DNA of 64,000 nucleotides, taken from the NCBI RefSeq assembly GCF_006345805.1, contig NC_043004.1, positions 21,700,001 through 21,764,000 of the forward strand, read 5' to 3'. The first letter of the stretch is position 1, and each line of letters begins with the position of its first letter. The notes under the pieces were generated by a model. The model did no database searches. It had not been told where the DNA came from and was given only the letters and a program-made list of their open reading frames with translations. Origin of the DNA: Octopus sinensis (lineage: Eukaryota). Of the stretch, positions 13,016 through 25,240 are shown in pieces. Position numbers and translations under genes: made by a program.

Positions 13016-13239
13016 AAGAAAATGTGTGTGATTACCACGCCACGAATGATAGAACTGAGAGAATAAGAGAAGATCTATGAAGGAAACCTTCAAATAAAAA
13101 TATTTGCGACTTATCTTTGCGGAAGGATCCTTTTCCTCTACTTGTATTTACAGATGATTTTAATTACAAAGAAGTAAGATTTGAGACTGAGATAGGAGAA
13201 AAGTTTACGACAAAAAATATATATTACGTAAATACATAT

Positions 13240-14346
13240 TTACCACAGTAAAACGATGGAGCGGAAAGTGATGAGAGGAGAAAAAATTTTAATAAAAATA
13301 TGCGAACTTACATTGATAAAGCATCTTTTTCTGTCCATCTCTCTCATACTTATAATTAATTTTGTATATAAATTAGGGGTGAGTATATAAGTTAAGATTG
13401 AGAGAAACGGAGAAACTTTAGGAAGAAGGTGGAAAATATTAAGTAAGCATATAGGCCGCCAAGAACGAAGGAACATAATTGAATGAGAAGAAAACGGGAT
13501 AAATATTGAAAACCGTTTGTCACCTAGAAAAAGATCAAACCAGAATTATGAAAATCAACATATTAAAACTAAATGAATGAAAATGATTACTCAGCGAATC
13601 CTGAAAATGCAACCATTATGGCTGTCAAAACTGAATACGATAGGATTGCTAGCATTCAAAATGAAAGAAAGAAGAATACTAAAAGAAAGAGGAACTCACT
13701 ATGGATGCCTTGATAAAGATGAACTAGACATCCTTTTAAGATTAAGGCACAAACTGAGGTCCAGGCGTTAGTTAATTTAAGAACTGTGGATCCAGCAAAT
13801 GTTAAAGAAAAGTATGAAAAGTAAATGGTGTAATATGCGAAAGCATTAAAATACCAACACAATAATATTAGTGGGTGCTAATGTGGTTGTATAAATGCAG
13901 GGGAAAAAGAAATATCAGGAGATAGTTTATTATAAAAAATGGCAGTTGCTTATGCAAGTTAGTGACAATAGAGAAGATATAATCTAGATCAGTGGAAGCA
14001 CAGTAAATTAAGGGAAGTAGATAAGGTAGATTAGATGAAGCGTATTATGTTAGGAATATAGGAATCTGGGCAGTGATAGGAAAAAGTTATAAAGCAGAGA
14101 TCCAAGGCAAAAGCTGCCAAAATCAGAAAAAACGAAGAAAAAGACCCATATAAGCAAAATTGCCTTTTTCAATAAACCAGAAGCGTCACTTTAATATTCT
14201 TGAAGGAAATGCGAGAACTGATAACATAAAACCAAATTTTGAAGAAAGCAAGTTTCGGGGGAAGAAATTTGACAAGAATGCCAAAGACAATAACAAGAAG
14301 AGTGGATAAAGTAAGTCGAAATGTTTAAGCACAAAAGACTATTACA
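13240..14346 (+). mobile_element. Decayed RTE-like LINE (endonuclease/linker region), left part
   Basis: A-rich sense strand; fragments ERNGETL, DILLRLRHKL and NLRTVDPANVKEKYE resemble RTE ORF sequence; many stops. Confidence 0.45.
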
Positions 14347-14421
14347 ATTCTATATTTAAGAGATGAGGAATTATGTACATTATTTACATTTGACGGATAT
14401 TTGTAATCTTGTTTGTTGTTT

Positions 14422-14466
14422 ACACAACGTTTCGGCTGATATACCCTCCAGCCTTCATCAGGTGTC
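14422..14466 (-). ncRNA. Minimal type I hammerhead ribozyme motif (Penelope type), core intact
   Basis: Sense GACAC-CUGAUGA-A-GGCUG(gagggUaUaU)CAGCC-GAAA-CGUU/GUGU: conserved core, 5-bp helix II after the extra A, palindromic ACGU helix III, GUU cleavage triplet, helix I ACAC/GUGU. Confidence 0.75.
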
Positions 14467-14537
14467 TTAGGGAAATTTTGAATCTGGGTTCTCATTCCTA
14501 AGATATTTTTCGATGTTGTTGTTGTTATTATTATTAC

Positions 14538-14603
<66 letters not shown>

Positions 14604-14608
<5 letters not shown>

Positions 14609-14678
14609 TCACTGCCTGGAATCGAACTCGGAATCTTGAGGTTAGTAGCCCGCGCTCTTAACCACTATGCCATATGCC
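14604..14678 (-). mobile_element. tRNA-derived Pol III head of the left monomer
   Basis: GGCATATGGCATAGTGGTTAAGAGCGCGGGCTACTAACCTCAAGATTCCGAGTTCGATTCC: A box TGGCATAGTGG, B box GTTCGATTCC; stems imperfect, so not a functional tRNA. Confidence 0.85.
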
Positions 14679-14717
14679 GGTGGGTATATGGCGTAGTTGA
14701 GACCTGAATAATAATAA

Positions 14718-15262
14718 CAAATGCCCTGATGCAGTACCAGTCAGGGACTCTCATGGCTTCTGATTATAAGTGTTATTATATACATTGTTTTGTTTTGGTA
14801 TAAAAGATGGGCTACGGCAAATATTCTGCTCAATACCAAAGATTTGCATGTCAGTTGTTTGACCTTTACTAGTTGACCATGTCCCTTAGTGGCTGACGAT
14901 ATGTGCATCTCTGACTACAAGCAGAAGTAGTGGGGGGCATCATAGCCATGTGTTGAAAAGGATTCTTGGAGGTTTGGATAAATCACCTTTGGAAACATGG
15001 GGGGTTCGTTCAATATCCTTAAACAATCCTTATTCAGGGACCTTTTGAGCGGGATGGTTTACTCGACCAGAAGAAAATTCTAACTGGGCCCCACCTGCAA
15101 GGTCATGCGCTGTATATCTTGATATGAGATCACCATGTCATACACAAATGGTGGTGATGCATGTGCATGGTGTACCCTTATCAGACGGGTAGTGATGATG
15201 GGTATACTGGGCTTCGTATATTTTACCCCAGTGTCACTTTGATAGCATGCACTGCTCTCTCA
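14718..15262 (-). mobile_element. 545-bp non-coding retroposon inserted in the (AAT)n of the right monomer
   Basis: Perfect 14-bp TSD ctgaataataataa at 14704-14717 and 15263-15276; strand only inferred from the repeat-side junction. Confidence 0.8.
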
Positions 15263-15411
15263 CTGAATAATAATAATAATAATAATAATAACAAAAAAAA
15301 AAAAAAACAAAAAAAAAAAAAAATAATAATAATAATAATAATAATAGTAATAATAATAATAATATCGAAAAATACCTTAGGGTTGAGAACCCATGTTCGA
15401 AATTTCCCCAA

Positions 15412-15457
15412 GACACCTGGTGAAAGCTGGATGGTATATCAGCAGAAACGTTGTGTT
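15412..15457 (+). ncRNA. Mutated hammerhead ribozyme copy
   Basis: gacac CTGGTGA aagctg gatggtatat cagca GAAA cgtt gtgtt: core A6 changed to G and helix II weakened. Confidence 0.6.
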
Positions 15458-15518
15458 AACAGCAAAGAAAATGAGGACAAACATCTGTCAAATGTAAATA
15501 ATGTAAAAGACTATTACA

Positions 15519-15870
15519 GTCAGAAAAACAAATGTTCGAAAGTAAGTGGAAAAAAATGGGAAAGAGAAAAACAGTTGGATAAGAACGTGACAATGGATTT
15601 ATGAACCCAATGAAATGTCACTAAACGTCAATTACCATATGGAAAGGTATGTGTGCCAATGTAGTTGAGAAAAGCAAGAGCCAGTCTAATACTGAAAGAT
15701 AAATTGAAAGGAAACCCTACTTAAAATTTCCAATCAATTACGTGTCTACCAATTATGGAGAAATTCCTAACAAGGAGGATAATTATGAATGCCTAATGAA
15801 CAGGGAACCTATAAAAAAAAAGGAACATCAGAATAAGATAGTTTTCAAGAACTGCAGAAAGTGATCGAAA
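15519..15870 (+). mobile_element. Continuation of the decayed LINE beyond the TSD
   Basis: Same A-rich composition; KGNPT/PINYVSTNYG-like fragments similar to the start of an RT domain. Confidence 0.35.
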
Positions 15871-16049
15871 AATTAATGCATCACACTTCACTTATTTATC
15901 ATATAGTTTCCCACGCATATTTCATGTTGTGCCTAAAATCACTCAAGAGCTGGTAATACATTAGGCGTCTTTTATAAAATTCAATTCGACATCAGCGAAT
16001 AGAGTATGGAAAAGACTATTAACGTTAGTACTGCTGATGCAGCTACTGT

Positions 16050-16587
16050 CGTCTACTTTTCTCCTCCTCCTCCTCCTCCTCCTCCCCCCTTCTTCTTCTT
16101 CTTCTTCTTCTTCTTCCAATTAGGACTCACGCTATTAGCCACAAAGAATAATCTCTAATTCGAGCTACTAAGAATGCGTGTGGCAACTTGAAGATCCACC
16201 CATCACACGCGATAGACTGGCGGTTGCACGGGCGCGAAAGCTACGGTGTTATCCTCATTCCGTAAACGTTAGCTTTTAACGGGTGGAGAGCTGAACCATC
16301 CTGGGGTACAGAGGATTCGCAATCTAGACTAGGGTCTGAAAGTTTACCACACCGTAGTGGGTTGCACCATGGTTCCTCTGTTTTATGACAGAAGTAGGAA
16401 GAAAGAGTGAGAGAAAGTTGTGGTGAAAGAGTACAGCGGGGTTCACCACTTCCCCCACCCCATGGAGCCTCGTAAAGCTTAGGTGTTTTTGCTCAATAAA
16501 CACTCACAATGCCCGGTCTGGGAATCGAATCCGCGTACTTACGACGGCGAGTCCGCTGCCCTAACCACTGGGCCATTGCGCCTCCAC
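16050..16587 (-). mobile_element. tRNA-derived SINE (octopus OR-like) with (GAA)n/(GGA)n tail
   Basis: Head gtggaggcgcaatggcccagtggttagggcagcggactc...ggattcgattccc; TSD tgcagc(t/c)actgt at 16038-16049 and 16588-16599. Confidence 0.85.
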
Positions 16588-17139
16588 TGCAGCCACTGTT
16601 CCTGTTGCGTTCCTGTTATTAATATTAACGAACGGAGGAAAAGTGAAAACGAAGAGAATAACAACAGACAATATTCACAGCAACAACAAAAGCAGTCTAT
16701 CTTAATATCAAATTCCAGATGACTCATATGTCTTCATCCGTATGTCCCTTCCCTTGGCTGAAGAACTTAACAGAAAAACCCTATTCATAAAAATTCAATT
16801 AAATCCTTATATTTTCCAAATTGCTTTTTCTACAGACAACTAATAGCTCGGTGCTGATTACAGTTGGTTCCACTCTTTTGTGGAATCTATCGAATAAATT
16901 GAAATCATAAAATTGGTGATCACAAGACGAATATGGAATTTGAACTAAGTTTTGCATATGTAGGTAGTATCTTTGTTATTATTGTGCTGTTGGTTTCATA
17001 ACTGATATTAAATGTTAAACATGTACAATATTATTGAATTTATAGTTTGTTTTGTGCAATACTAGAATTCCATTTTGTTGAATGAAAGGTGTATTTTATC
17101 GCCTCTAAAATAGGAAGTAAGGAAGTAATTGATTGAGGT

Positions 17140-17220
17140 CTTCTTCTTCTTCTTTTCTTCTTCTTCTTCTTCTTCTTCTTCTTCTTCTTCTTTGTTGTTG
17201 TTGTTATCGTTGTCGTCATT
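17140..17220. repeat. (TTC)n/(TTG)n microsatellite
   Basis: Direct reading. Confidence 0.95.
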
Positions 17221-20200
17221 ACCATAGTAAAGACATTAATTTCCGCCTTGGAAACAGAATGAAAAACTCCGAATTGACTATATTAAATAAGGAAAATGAG
17301 AAAATATGAGCTATTCGGAATTTGGCCTTTAGAATCAATTAACACAATTTAGTAAAAAAAATAGAAAATAAAAGCTACAAAAAATCCGTGAAATCTGATG
17401 ACAATTTGGCTCGGGAAAAACATTTAATATTCATAAAATATAATTTCTTACGATGCACACCATGGGATGAGAAGATATCTGAGGTTTCTTAGCAGAAATA
17501 TTATTTTACAACTCGATATTACAACTTGGTAAGTACTGGAGATATGAAATTCAATTCCTGCTTGTCGTTTGATATTTTTAATAGCTTCAGAAATATTTCA
17601 TTTCTCCACAGAAAATATATCGATTTTTCTCAAATCCTCTCTGTTTTCCCTCTTTTATTTCATTGTCCTGATCGTAGAAGCCTATAATGAAATATGTTCT
17701 AGCTGTGACCCATCTGCCTTTGTCCAAGCATATTGTATCTTGAACTACATTATCTGACACGTCCTTCCTATTTTTATGGTGATAGGATGTATTTTGTAAG
17801 AGATGTGGCTGTTATTACTTGTACGTGTTTGTTGGTTAGTGCGAAGAAGGGCGTCTATAATTACTTGCTGGACAATCAAAACTCGTGAGAGACAAAAAAA
17901 TATTATCGCCAACATATGGGTGTGAAGGTCTTACAATACAGTGGATACTGTTAAAGACAACTAAGAGCCAGCTGGTGATTTTAAACAGAGCGATGTGCTA
18001 TGTCTATCATCAGAAAACAAGAAAGGTCCTTCCAATATGTCACAATAAAGTTGCCGTCAACTAAATTAAATGTACGATGCTTTGGTTAATCTAAGGCTAT
18101 GTTACAAGATATTCGCTCAAAAACTAGTGGGATTGACTCCAAGACTCTTAATTATTAAGTAAATTTCTTTATTATTTGGTCATGCTACATAAAGAAAAAG
18201 TATTTAATCGAATGCATCCTGTGCATATATCTATTTTTCTTATATGTTCTTGAATGTAGAAAATATTGTACATTCACATAGAGCTCATTCATTAACTTGC
18301 ACCTACTATAATAGATTAAAACTGCAGCATAAACAGAATTAGGCTTGTAAGTGGTTTCTTCTTGCCAAAGTCGATAAATTAAACTTCTCAGTATTGATTT
18401 TCTTTGAAGTATATTTAACGATGTTTTCAAGCACAATAAGTGGCATGCCGTGATAAGATGCTCGTTTTAATGTTTCGGGAAGATGGAAACTTAATTTTGT
18501 AGGTCTAAAGGTGTAAATCTACGACAAAATAAAGGGGAGGAAATCATAGTTTGATGATCCGTTTGGAAAATGTTTTAGTATGGAATGTAATATTTTTATC
18601 TTTTTATAGCCCCAAGTCATCTCTGATAAAAAAAACACCTCTTAAGGAAATCATTCCAGTCGTGAACATGCTTTCATTCATATAAAATATTCCTGGGACT
18701 TCCATATCTTATGTGCATTAAGAGAGAAGGTTTGGAATTTTGAGAAATCCTACACTTAGTTTTAGTAGTAAAGCTTTTCCAGCTGTTTCAGAGAAGTCAG
18801 GATGTTGTCTCAAAAACATTTAATAAAAAACATTATCTGAATATGCATGTAGCTTAGTTTGAAGATTTGGTAGGGTGTTGATTAGATAAAGTGATCAGTA
18901 TTTCCAAAACGACAGCGTGTAATTAAAGGAGGATTCACCCTCTATTTCTAACTAACCGAATTATTTTGCAAAATACATTTTACATAAGCACAAGGCCATA
19001 AACTTTGTAGGAACCTTTTAATCGACAAAATCGGACTCAGCATTTGACAGGTACATTGTTTCATCAATGTCGGAGGACGAAAGGCAAAAGTAACTTCACA
19101 GCAGACTACAGATATTAAGTAAAAACGCAAAATTCCGACTGGTGTAAAACGTTGATTATGAGGTGTTTGTCACGACAATGTTGGTTGGTGTCGACATCAG
19201 CTGATGAATATGGAGGCAAAATATATGGTGAAATCAGTAATCTGTCAGATCTAGATCAGATGTCGTTATTGACGATACACTTTACCTAAGTTTTTCAGAA
19301 TTTTCCGTCTTTATTTGTAAAAATTCTACGTAAAATTTCTAGTTCAATGACATTATGGTTTCCCAATGATTTAAATATCCTACACACGCTAAATTGAATT
19401 AATATCTCTGTCAACCACTTTGCTCTCGGAAATTGAATAATTACCTTTATTCTTTTCTTCCTTACAGCACATGTTTGGAATGGCAAATGTTATTCTTGAG
19501 TATTTAGTACACCCTATCTATTTTGTCTTTCACTGAATCAACGGCTTGAAATACTAATAGTTAAGTACGCACACGTTTTTTCACTCGCTGCGTTATATAT
19601 CAGATAAAAAGTTCTTTTCACCTCAAGAAAGCGTGATGAACATACAAGACTAATGCAGAAATTAAAGTTTATGAGTAAAGGAAGTAACCTTTATGTTAAT
19701 TTGATATTTTTCTAGAAATTGTTTTAAAATATTCCTCTTTAATTTTGAGGGGAATAAATGAAAAGAAATGTAAGTTAGGAACACACGGCGGGATTCCAGA
19801 AAACTGTCACTCAAATAATGCTTAGAAAATATTAAAATTAGAAAACTGGATCTTAATGTGTGTGTTCTTCGAGCTAAATTATTTTTAAATGAAAAGAATC
19901 AAGTTTTCTTAACTGTAAAGTTTACTAGTTACCAATAAATGCGAATGAAATTCACAATGTACATATCACAGAAATCAATGTATAGTCCATAACCTGAATG
20001 GCTATTTTTATTAAATTAATTTATCTGAAATCTTAATGTGTGGCGTTATTGTAATATTTGTAATGTTTTAAAATGCAGAATATTCCAGATGTTGATTTCG
20101 CTTCTTTTATGAATACAAAATATTTCTAAATATATTGCATCTTTAAGTATAGATGTATTAGAATGTAGAACACTAACTTTAAAACCTGCCTAGCTGTGAC

Positions 20201-21420
20201 TTTCTGTATGCAGTAAAGTACCTACGTTAATGGGGATTTACGTTCGTATATATTAAAACCATTTTTAAAGTAATATTAAAATTGTATTATGAGTGGATGA
20301 GGAGTTGCCAATTAAAAGATTACCACTAAATTAACGGTACCCGGAGTGAGGACGATATTTGAACACATTGTTAAAAAACCAAACTAATCATACCTCAGCA
20401 CGTCAAGGAGAACAATTCAAATCACCTGCTACTCCATTGTTATATTCAGAGTTTGTAATTAATCCGTAGGCTAATTGTTATGATACACAGCTTTGTTTTT
20501 TGACAAAAATATGTATAACGAGGTACCAAAAGGAAAGTGTAATGTAACTATATTCATAGCATTTTTTTAAAGTTAAAATGTATTCTTTTAACCATATATA
20601 TAAACGCCGGGTTTCTAAAATATTTGAGAAAAACAGATTTCCTACCGTTATTTCAAATTCTCATAACTTTATTCTTCCGGAGCAACCTATGGAAAGATTG
20701 GAGAATCAGATGTTAAATTTATGCAACTCCTGTCGATATATGATGCTGCTGTTATATGTTCCTTCAATTGTATGAACAATTTACTCTCTTCGATACGTAT
20801 TTTCTATTTTCTATCTTTCACCTATAGCTATATGTATCTTCTCATTCGCAGCTTCTTTTAATATACTTGCAGAAATACCGTCTCTAGAATTTATTTGCTG
20901 CTTGTTGAGTTTTACCAGTTTGTATCTTTACTAATATACAGAGAACTTTATCTCTCTGCAACTCTTTTCTTTAACACATCAACAGAAGACAAACGAAAAT
21001 AATAACGATAAACTACTACAAAATATTTCTCTTAGACTCGCTCGTTTTCTTATAATTGCTGCTTCATAAGAACCACTATAATTTATTGAACTGTCTTTTA
21101 TTTATTTTATAGGATAGTACTTGAAAAAGAGTTAGAAGCGCTGGGAATATGATTTCTTGAAACAAGATGGAGTAGTTGATTAAAAAACGAAAATTAAATA
21201 CAACTCTAACATTATCACTTGCAGCTACATTCATTAAGATACATAAAACGGTTAAAAGTGCATTAAGTACTATAAGCCTGTATTTGTTGAAAACCTTAAT
21301 ATATGTCCACACAGGCACGCACACAAACATACTCACATACGCATTACAGGCATATCACTGTGGCCGCTACAAAGACGCATTTGATAAACATACACACATA
21401 CACAAACACACACACACGCA

Positions 21421-21462
<42 letters not shown>

Positions 21463-22759
21463 TATACGTCTGTGTGCTCACGCGTGTACATGTATGCATA
21501 TTTATGCAACGTAAATTAAGATTTTTCTCCCTCGTGCAATTTACTCTTGCAGTAGACTTGTTTTATTTTCAAATATTTGAGTTGTCTTTTACAATTTCTT
21601 GAAGTACTAGCTGGAAGCTATTCACAATTGAATATATTCTTTTTATAGGAAACAACTTTACTACATAAAAATATTTGTCAGAAGCGTCGTTAAAGCAATA
21701 GGGGCGGTGTATCACCATCATGATATCGAACACAACAGCTTTATCTTAAATGGCCCAAAGTATTTTCCTTTTGTTTAGCGAATCAATGGAAACTTGTTCA
21801 AAGATGAAAGCTCACATGTGCGATCGAAACTATTTTATTATTTTAATTAACATTACCATTTGATTATATTCAATAAAAACAAAAAGAATTAGATGAAATT
21901 TACAGGAGAAAATTATGTATTTGTTAGTGTGTCTACCTTGAAACACTTTTCTGCTCACTGTTACAAGCGCCCCTTTAATTAATAGTGAATAACGAGGATA
22001 AAGTACAAAATAGATGTAGAATTAACACCTGCAGATTACAATAGACATAGCGTATGAGGTATGCATACATGCATGCATATGTGTGTGTATGTATGTATGT
22101 GTCTGTCTGTCTGTCTGTCTAGTTAGCTAGCTATGTAACTATGTATTTTAAAATTTATTTCTTCAGATTTTTTGTAGATTTCAGAGCCAACATTGAAATC
22201 TACGACATTTCGTAAACGAATACGTCTATGTAAACAATGAGATCGAATTAGAAAAAAAAAAAGTTAATGAGTGTATATGCATATTTCAGAAGTTATTGCT
22301 CTTTCATCAGCAAATACATTGTCAAATCGAATGACCTAGTGATCTCTGTTGTGTTTACAAGCAGTAGATCGAGACTTGAATCTTGAACGGGGTAGCCCGT
22401 TGACAGACGAATGTAATATTATGTTGCTTGTATCTACTCAATTAAACATCCTTCAGTCCAGCTTCATCGATCGTCTGGTTTAATTACGAGTGGCTGTATG
22501 AAGTGGATGTCGGTGTCAGTTCGTGACCACACAAGAATCTGAAGCAATTAGCGAAAGCGCTGTGCTTTCCACTTGGTTTAACAAGCTTTAACAATATATG
22601 TATAATAAGAAATTGAGTTGACGATGAAATAAAAATTTATCTCATGAGCTTCATAAACATACGACTGTTTCTGCTATAAAGTGCAGTGAGCTCATAGTTG
22701 CGTGCCTAAGTATCATCTTATAACTTCATCGGAACTTCAAACATGAAGTACCATTTATT

Positions 22760-23060
22760 TGGGAAAGCATTTACATATACAAATCTACATAGGAAAGCAT
22801 TACCATTGAGAAAGCTTTCTTGGATGTGGGGAATGAAATTTCGGAACTACTCTCATAACTAGAAAGAGTTTGGGGCGTTGTAAATATACGCGTTATGAGA
22901 CTTGTGGATGAAGCATTACTGGGGCTGCAGATATAAATGTTTAAATAAATTAATAAAGAGTTAAGTGGGCTACTATTTGGTTTAGTTACTCTAGAGATGG
23001 GGGAGGAGAGAAAAGAGAGGGCAGCAAAATTACCAATAGAGGGGGAGAGAGGGGGGACAA
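22760..23060 (-). mobile_element. CR1/L2-like AP endonuclease remnant
   Basis: ORF 22771-23079 segment LNIYICSPSNASSTSL...SSSEISF resembles the YRSP...GDFN region of LINE APE domains. Confidence 0.35.
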
Positions 23061-23079
23061 CTGGATGTCCAGATGTCAC

Positions 23080-23360
23080 GTAAAAAGAACCATCCGAACG
23101 TGGCCGATACTAGTAACCCCTCACTGGCACCTGTGCCGGTGTCATGTAAAAAGTACTAGCCGAGCTATCAAAACATGACTGATGCCAGGCCCACTTGACT
23201 GGCTCCTGTTCCTGTGGAACGTAAAAAGCACCCACTGCACTCTCGGGATCGTTGGTGTTAGGAAGGGCATCCAGATCAGATCGAAGCCTGGTGCAGCCGC
23301 TGGCTCTCCAGACCTCAGTCAAACCGTCCAACCAATGCCAGCATGGAAAACGGACGTTAA

Positions 23361-23394
<34 letters not shown>

Positions 23395-23412
23395 TGATGA
23401 TGATGATGATGA

Positions 23413-23416
<4 letters not shown>
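23080..23416 (+). mobile_element. SINE/LINE 3' segment with RTE-like tail ending in (GAC)n(GAT)n
   Basis: Internally repeated gtaaaaag units; ttaggaagggcatccag...gcatggaaaacggacgttaaacgacgac tail. Confidence 0.7.
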
Positions 23417-23457
<41 letters not shown>

Positions 23458-23635
23458 ATTGATAATAATCGGGAGAACGCAGATTTTCCACATTTATGTT
23501 ATTAAACAGTTATTTACAGCATTCTTTTCTGGACTTACACGCGTTTCAACTACATCGATTTCATACTGTTAGATGAGCATCCTGGTGTTAATGCCGGTAA
23601 GGATCGTCATGGTCTATTGTTTACTGTCGGTTAGC

Positions 23636-23863
23636 GGCGAGCTGGCAGAAACGTTAGCACGCTGGGCGAAATGCGTAGCCGTATTTCGTCTGCCGTTACG
23701 TTGTGAGTTCAAATTCCGCCGAGGTCGACTTTGCCTTTCATCCTTTCGGGGTCGATAAATTAAGTACCAGTTACGCACTGTGGTCGATGTAATCGACTTA
23801 ATTCCTATGCCTGTCCTTGTTTGTCCTCTCTATGTTTAGCCCCTTGTGGGTAATAAAGAAATA
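23636..23863 (+). mobile_element. Young abundant SINE (possibly Twhex-like)
   Basis: ggcgagctggcagaaacgttagcacg...gtgagttcaaattcc (B box); highly similar to 24586-24813. Confidence 0.85.
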
Positions 23864-24001
23864 TGTATATGTATGTGTGTGTACACAAACGCACGCACAC
23901 ACACACACACACACACATATATACGTCTTTGGAGATAGAGGTAGAATGACACATAGAGAATCAGAGACGATGAAAGAAAGGAAAAGAGAAGTGAGAAGAA
24001 A

Positions 24002-24063
<62 letters not shown>

Positions 24064-24581
24064 TACATTGGCGCTATTGCATAACATATGACGGTGTAGA
24101 TTAGGAAGAAATACTACAAGCTATTTTCCCGATATCTTATGCCCTACAGCTAATAATCATTGTATATGATTAGGTGATTGTTTTAGTATTCTGTTACATC
24201 ACAACGAACAAGATTTATCAGGCATTAAGAATACAGAGGAATTTTTGTTTTTAAATTCATATTATATGGGCCCAATAACATTACATTAACAATCTCCAAT
24301 AAACTGACAAAAATAACTGTCAATTTCTCCTCAAATCATATTGTCCTACTTCATAAATGGCAATTATACATTGGATAATGTAGCGTACAGATACACTATG
24401 TGTATATAAATATGGTTGGTACACAGTTGATCATGTCTGTTGGATTAGAGATGACCTGAGGTTAAACGCCACTACCAACAAGAAGAATAAGAATAAGAAC
24501 AGCCACCGCTACAACAGCAGCAGAAACTTAAGCGACCGTGATGTATTTGGAGGAGAATGTTTCTTTCATTATCTCCTCTAA

Positions 24582-24883
24582 GGTGGGCGAGCTGGCAGAA
24601 TCGTTAGCACGCCGAGCGAAATGCTCAGCGGTCTTTCGTCTGTCGTTACGATGTGAGTTCAAATTGCGCCGAGGTCGACTTTGCCTTTCATCCTTTCGGG
24701 GTCGATAAATTAAGTACAAGTTACGCACTGGGGTCGATATAATCGACTTAATCCGTTTGTCTGTCCTTGTTTGTCCTCTCTGTGTTTGGCCCCTTGTGAG
24801 TAGTAAAGAAATAGGTATTTCCTCTGCCGTTACGTTGTGAGTTCAAATTCCGCCCAGGTCGACTTTGCCTTTCAAGAGAAATA
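24582..24883 (+). mobile_element. Same SINE with a partial tandem re-copy and 14-bp TSD
   Basis: TSD attatctcctctaa at 24568-24581 and 24884-24897; ~24815-24874 repeats the internal segment. Confidence 0.88.
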
Positions 24884-25109
24884 ATTATCTCCTCTAAATG
24901 AGAAGCATACCAGTAACTTCATACTTTCAGTTCACTTCTTCTGTCTAAGAGAATTTACACCATTACCGAAATCATGTCTTCTGTTAGAAGTTCTGTATCA
25001 TATCGTCCATAAAACTATATGGTTATTAATCATTCAGTCCCGTTTCAACGGATTCCTATGCTAACATTGGTTTAGGGGAGTTATTAAGACATCATCATGA
25101 TACAGAGGC

Positions 25110-25240
25110 ACAAGTGTGGCTGCGTGGTTAGGAGCTTGCTTCCCAACCACATGATTCAGAGTGCAGTCCTATTCCATGGCAACTTGGACGAATGCCTCAG
25201 GCCAACCAAATTTTCGTTAGTAGATTTGGTTTATGGAATG
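25110..25240 (+). mobile_element. SINE 5' half
   Basis: ggcacaagtgtggctgcgtggttaggagcttgcttcccaaccacatg is similar to the head at 29515. Confidence 0.7.

Larger units (their letters stand above)
14347..15504. mobile_element. Head-to-head dimer of a tRNA-headed, hammerhead-bearing Penelope-like non-autonomous element
   Basis: Left monomer 14347-14678 (-); right monomer 14683-14717 plus 15263-15504 (+); whole unit flanked by the direct repeat aaaagactattaca at 14333-14346 and 15505-15518. Confidence 0.85.

Noticed and set aside
14604-14678. Possible real tRNA gene (also heads at 4808, 16587 and 32451)
   Set aside because: Acceptor, anticodon and T stems pair poorly, and each head runs straight into SINE body sequence.
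19200-19245. CTGATGA...GAAA motif (similar ones at ~46921, ~62495 and inside the RTE FADD codons)
   Set aside because: No helix II closes between the two core halves.
22360-22480. AVDRD cadherin-like motif
   Set aside because: Only a five-residue resemblance; no other cadherin motifs and a stop follows soon after.
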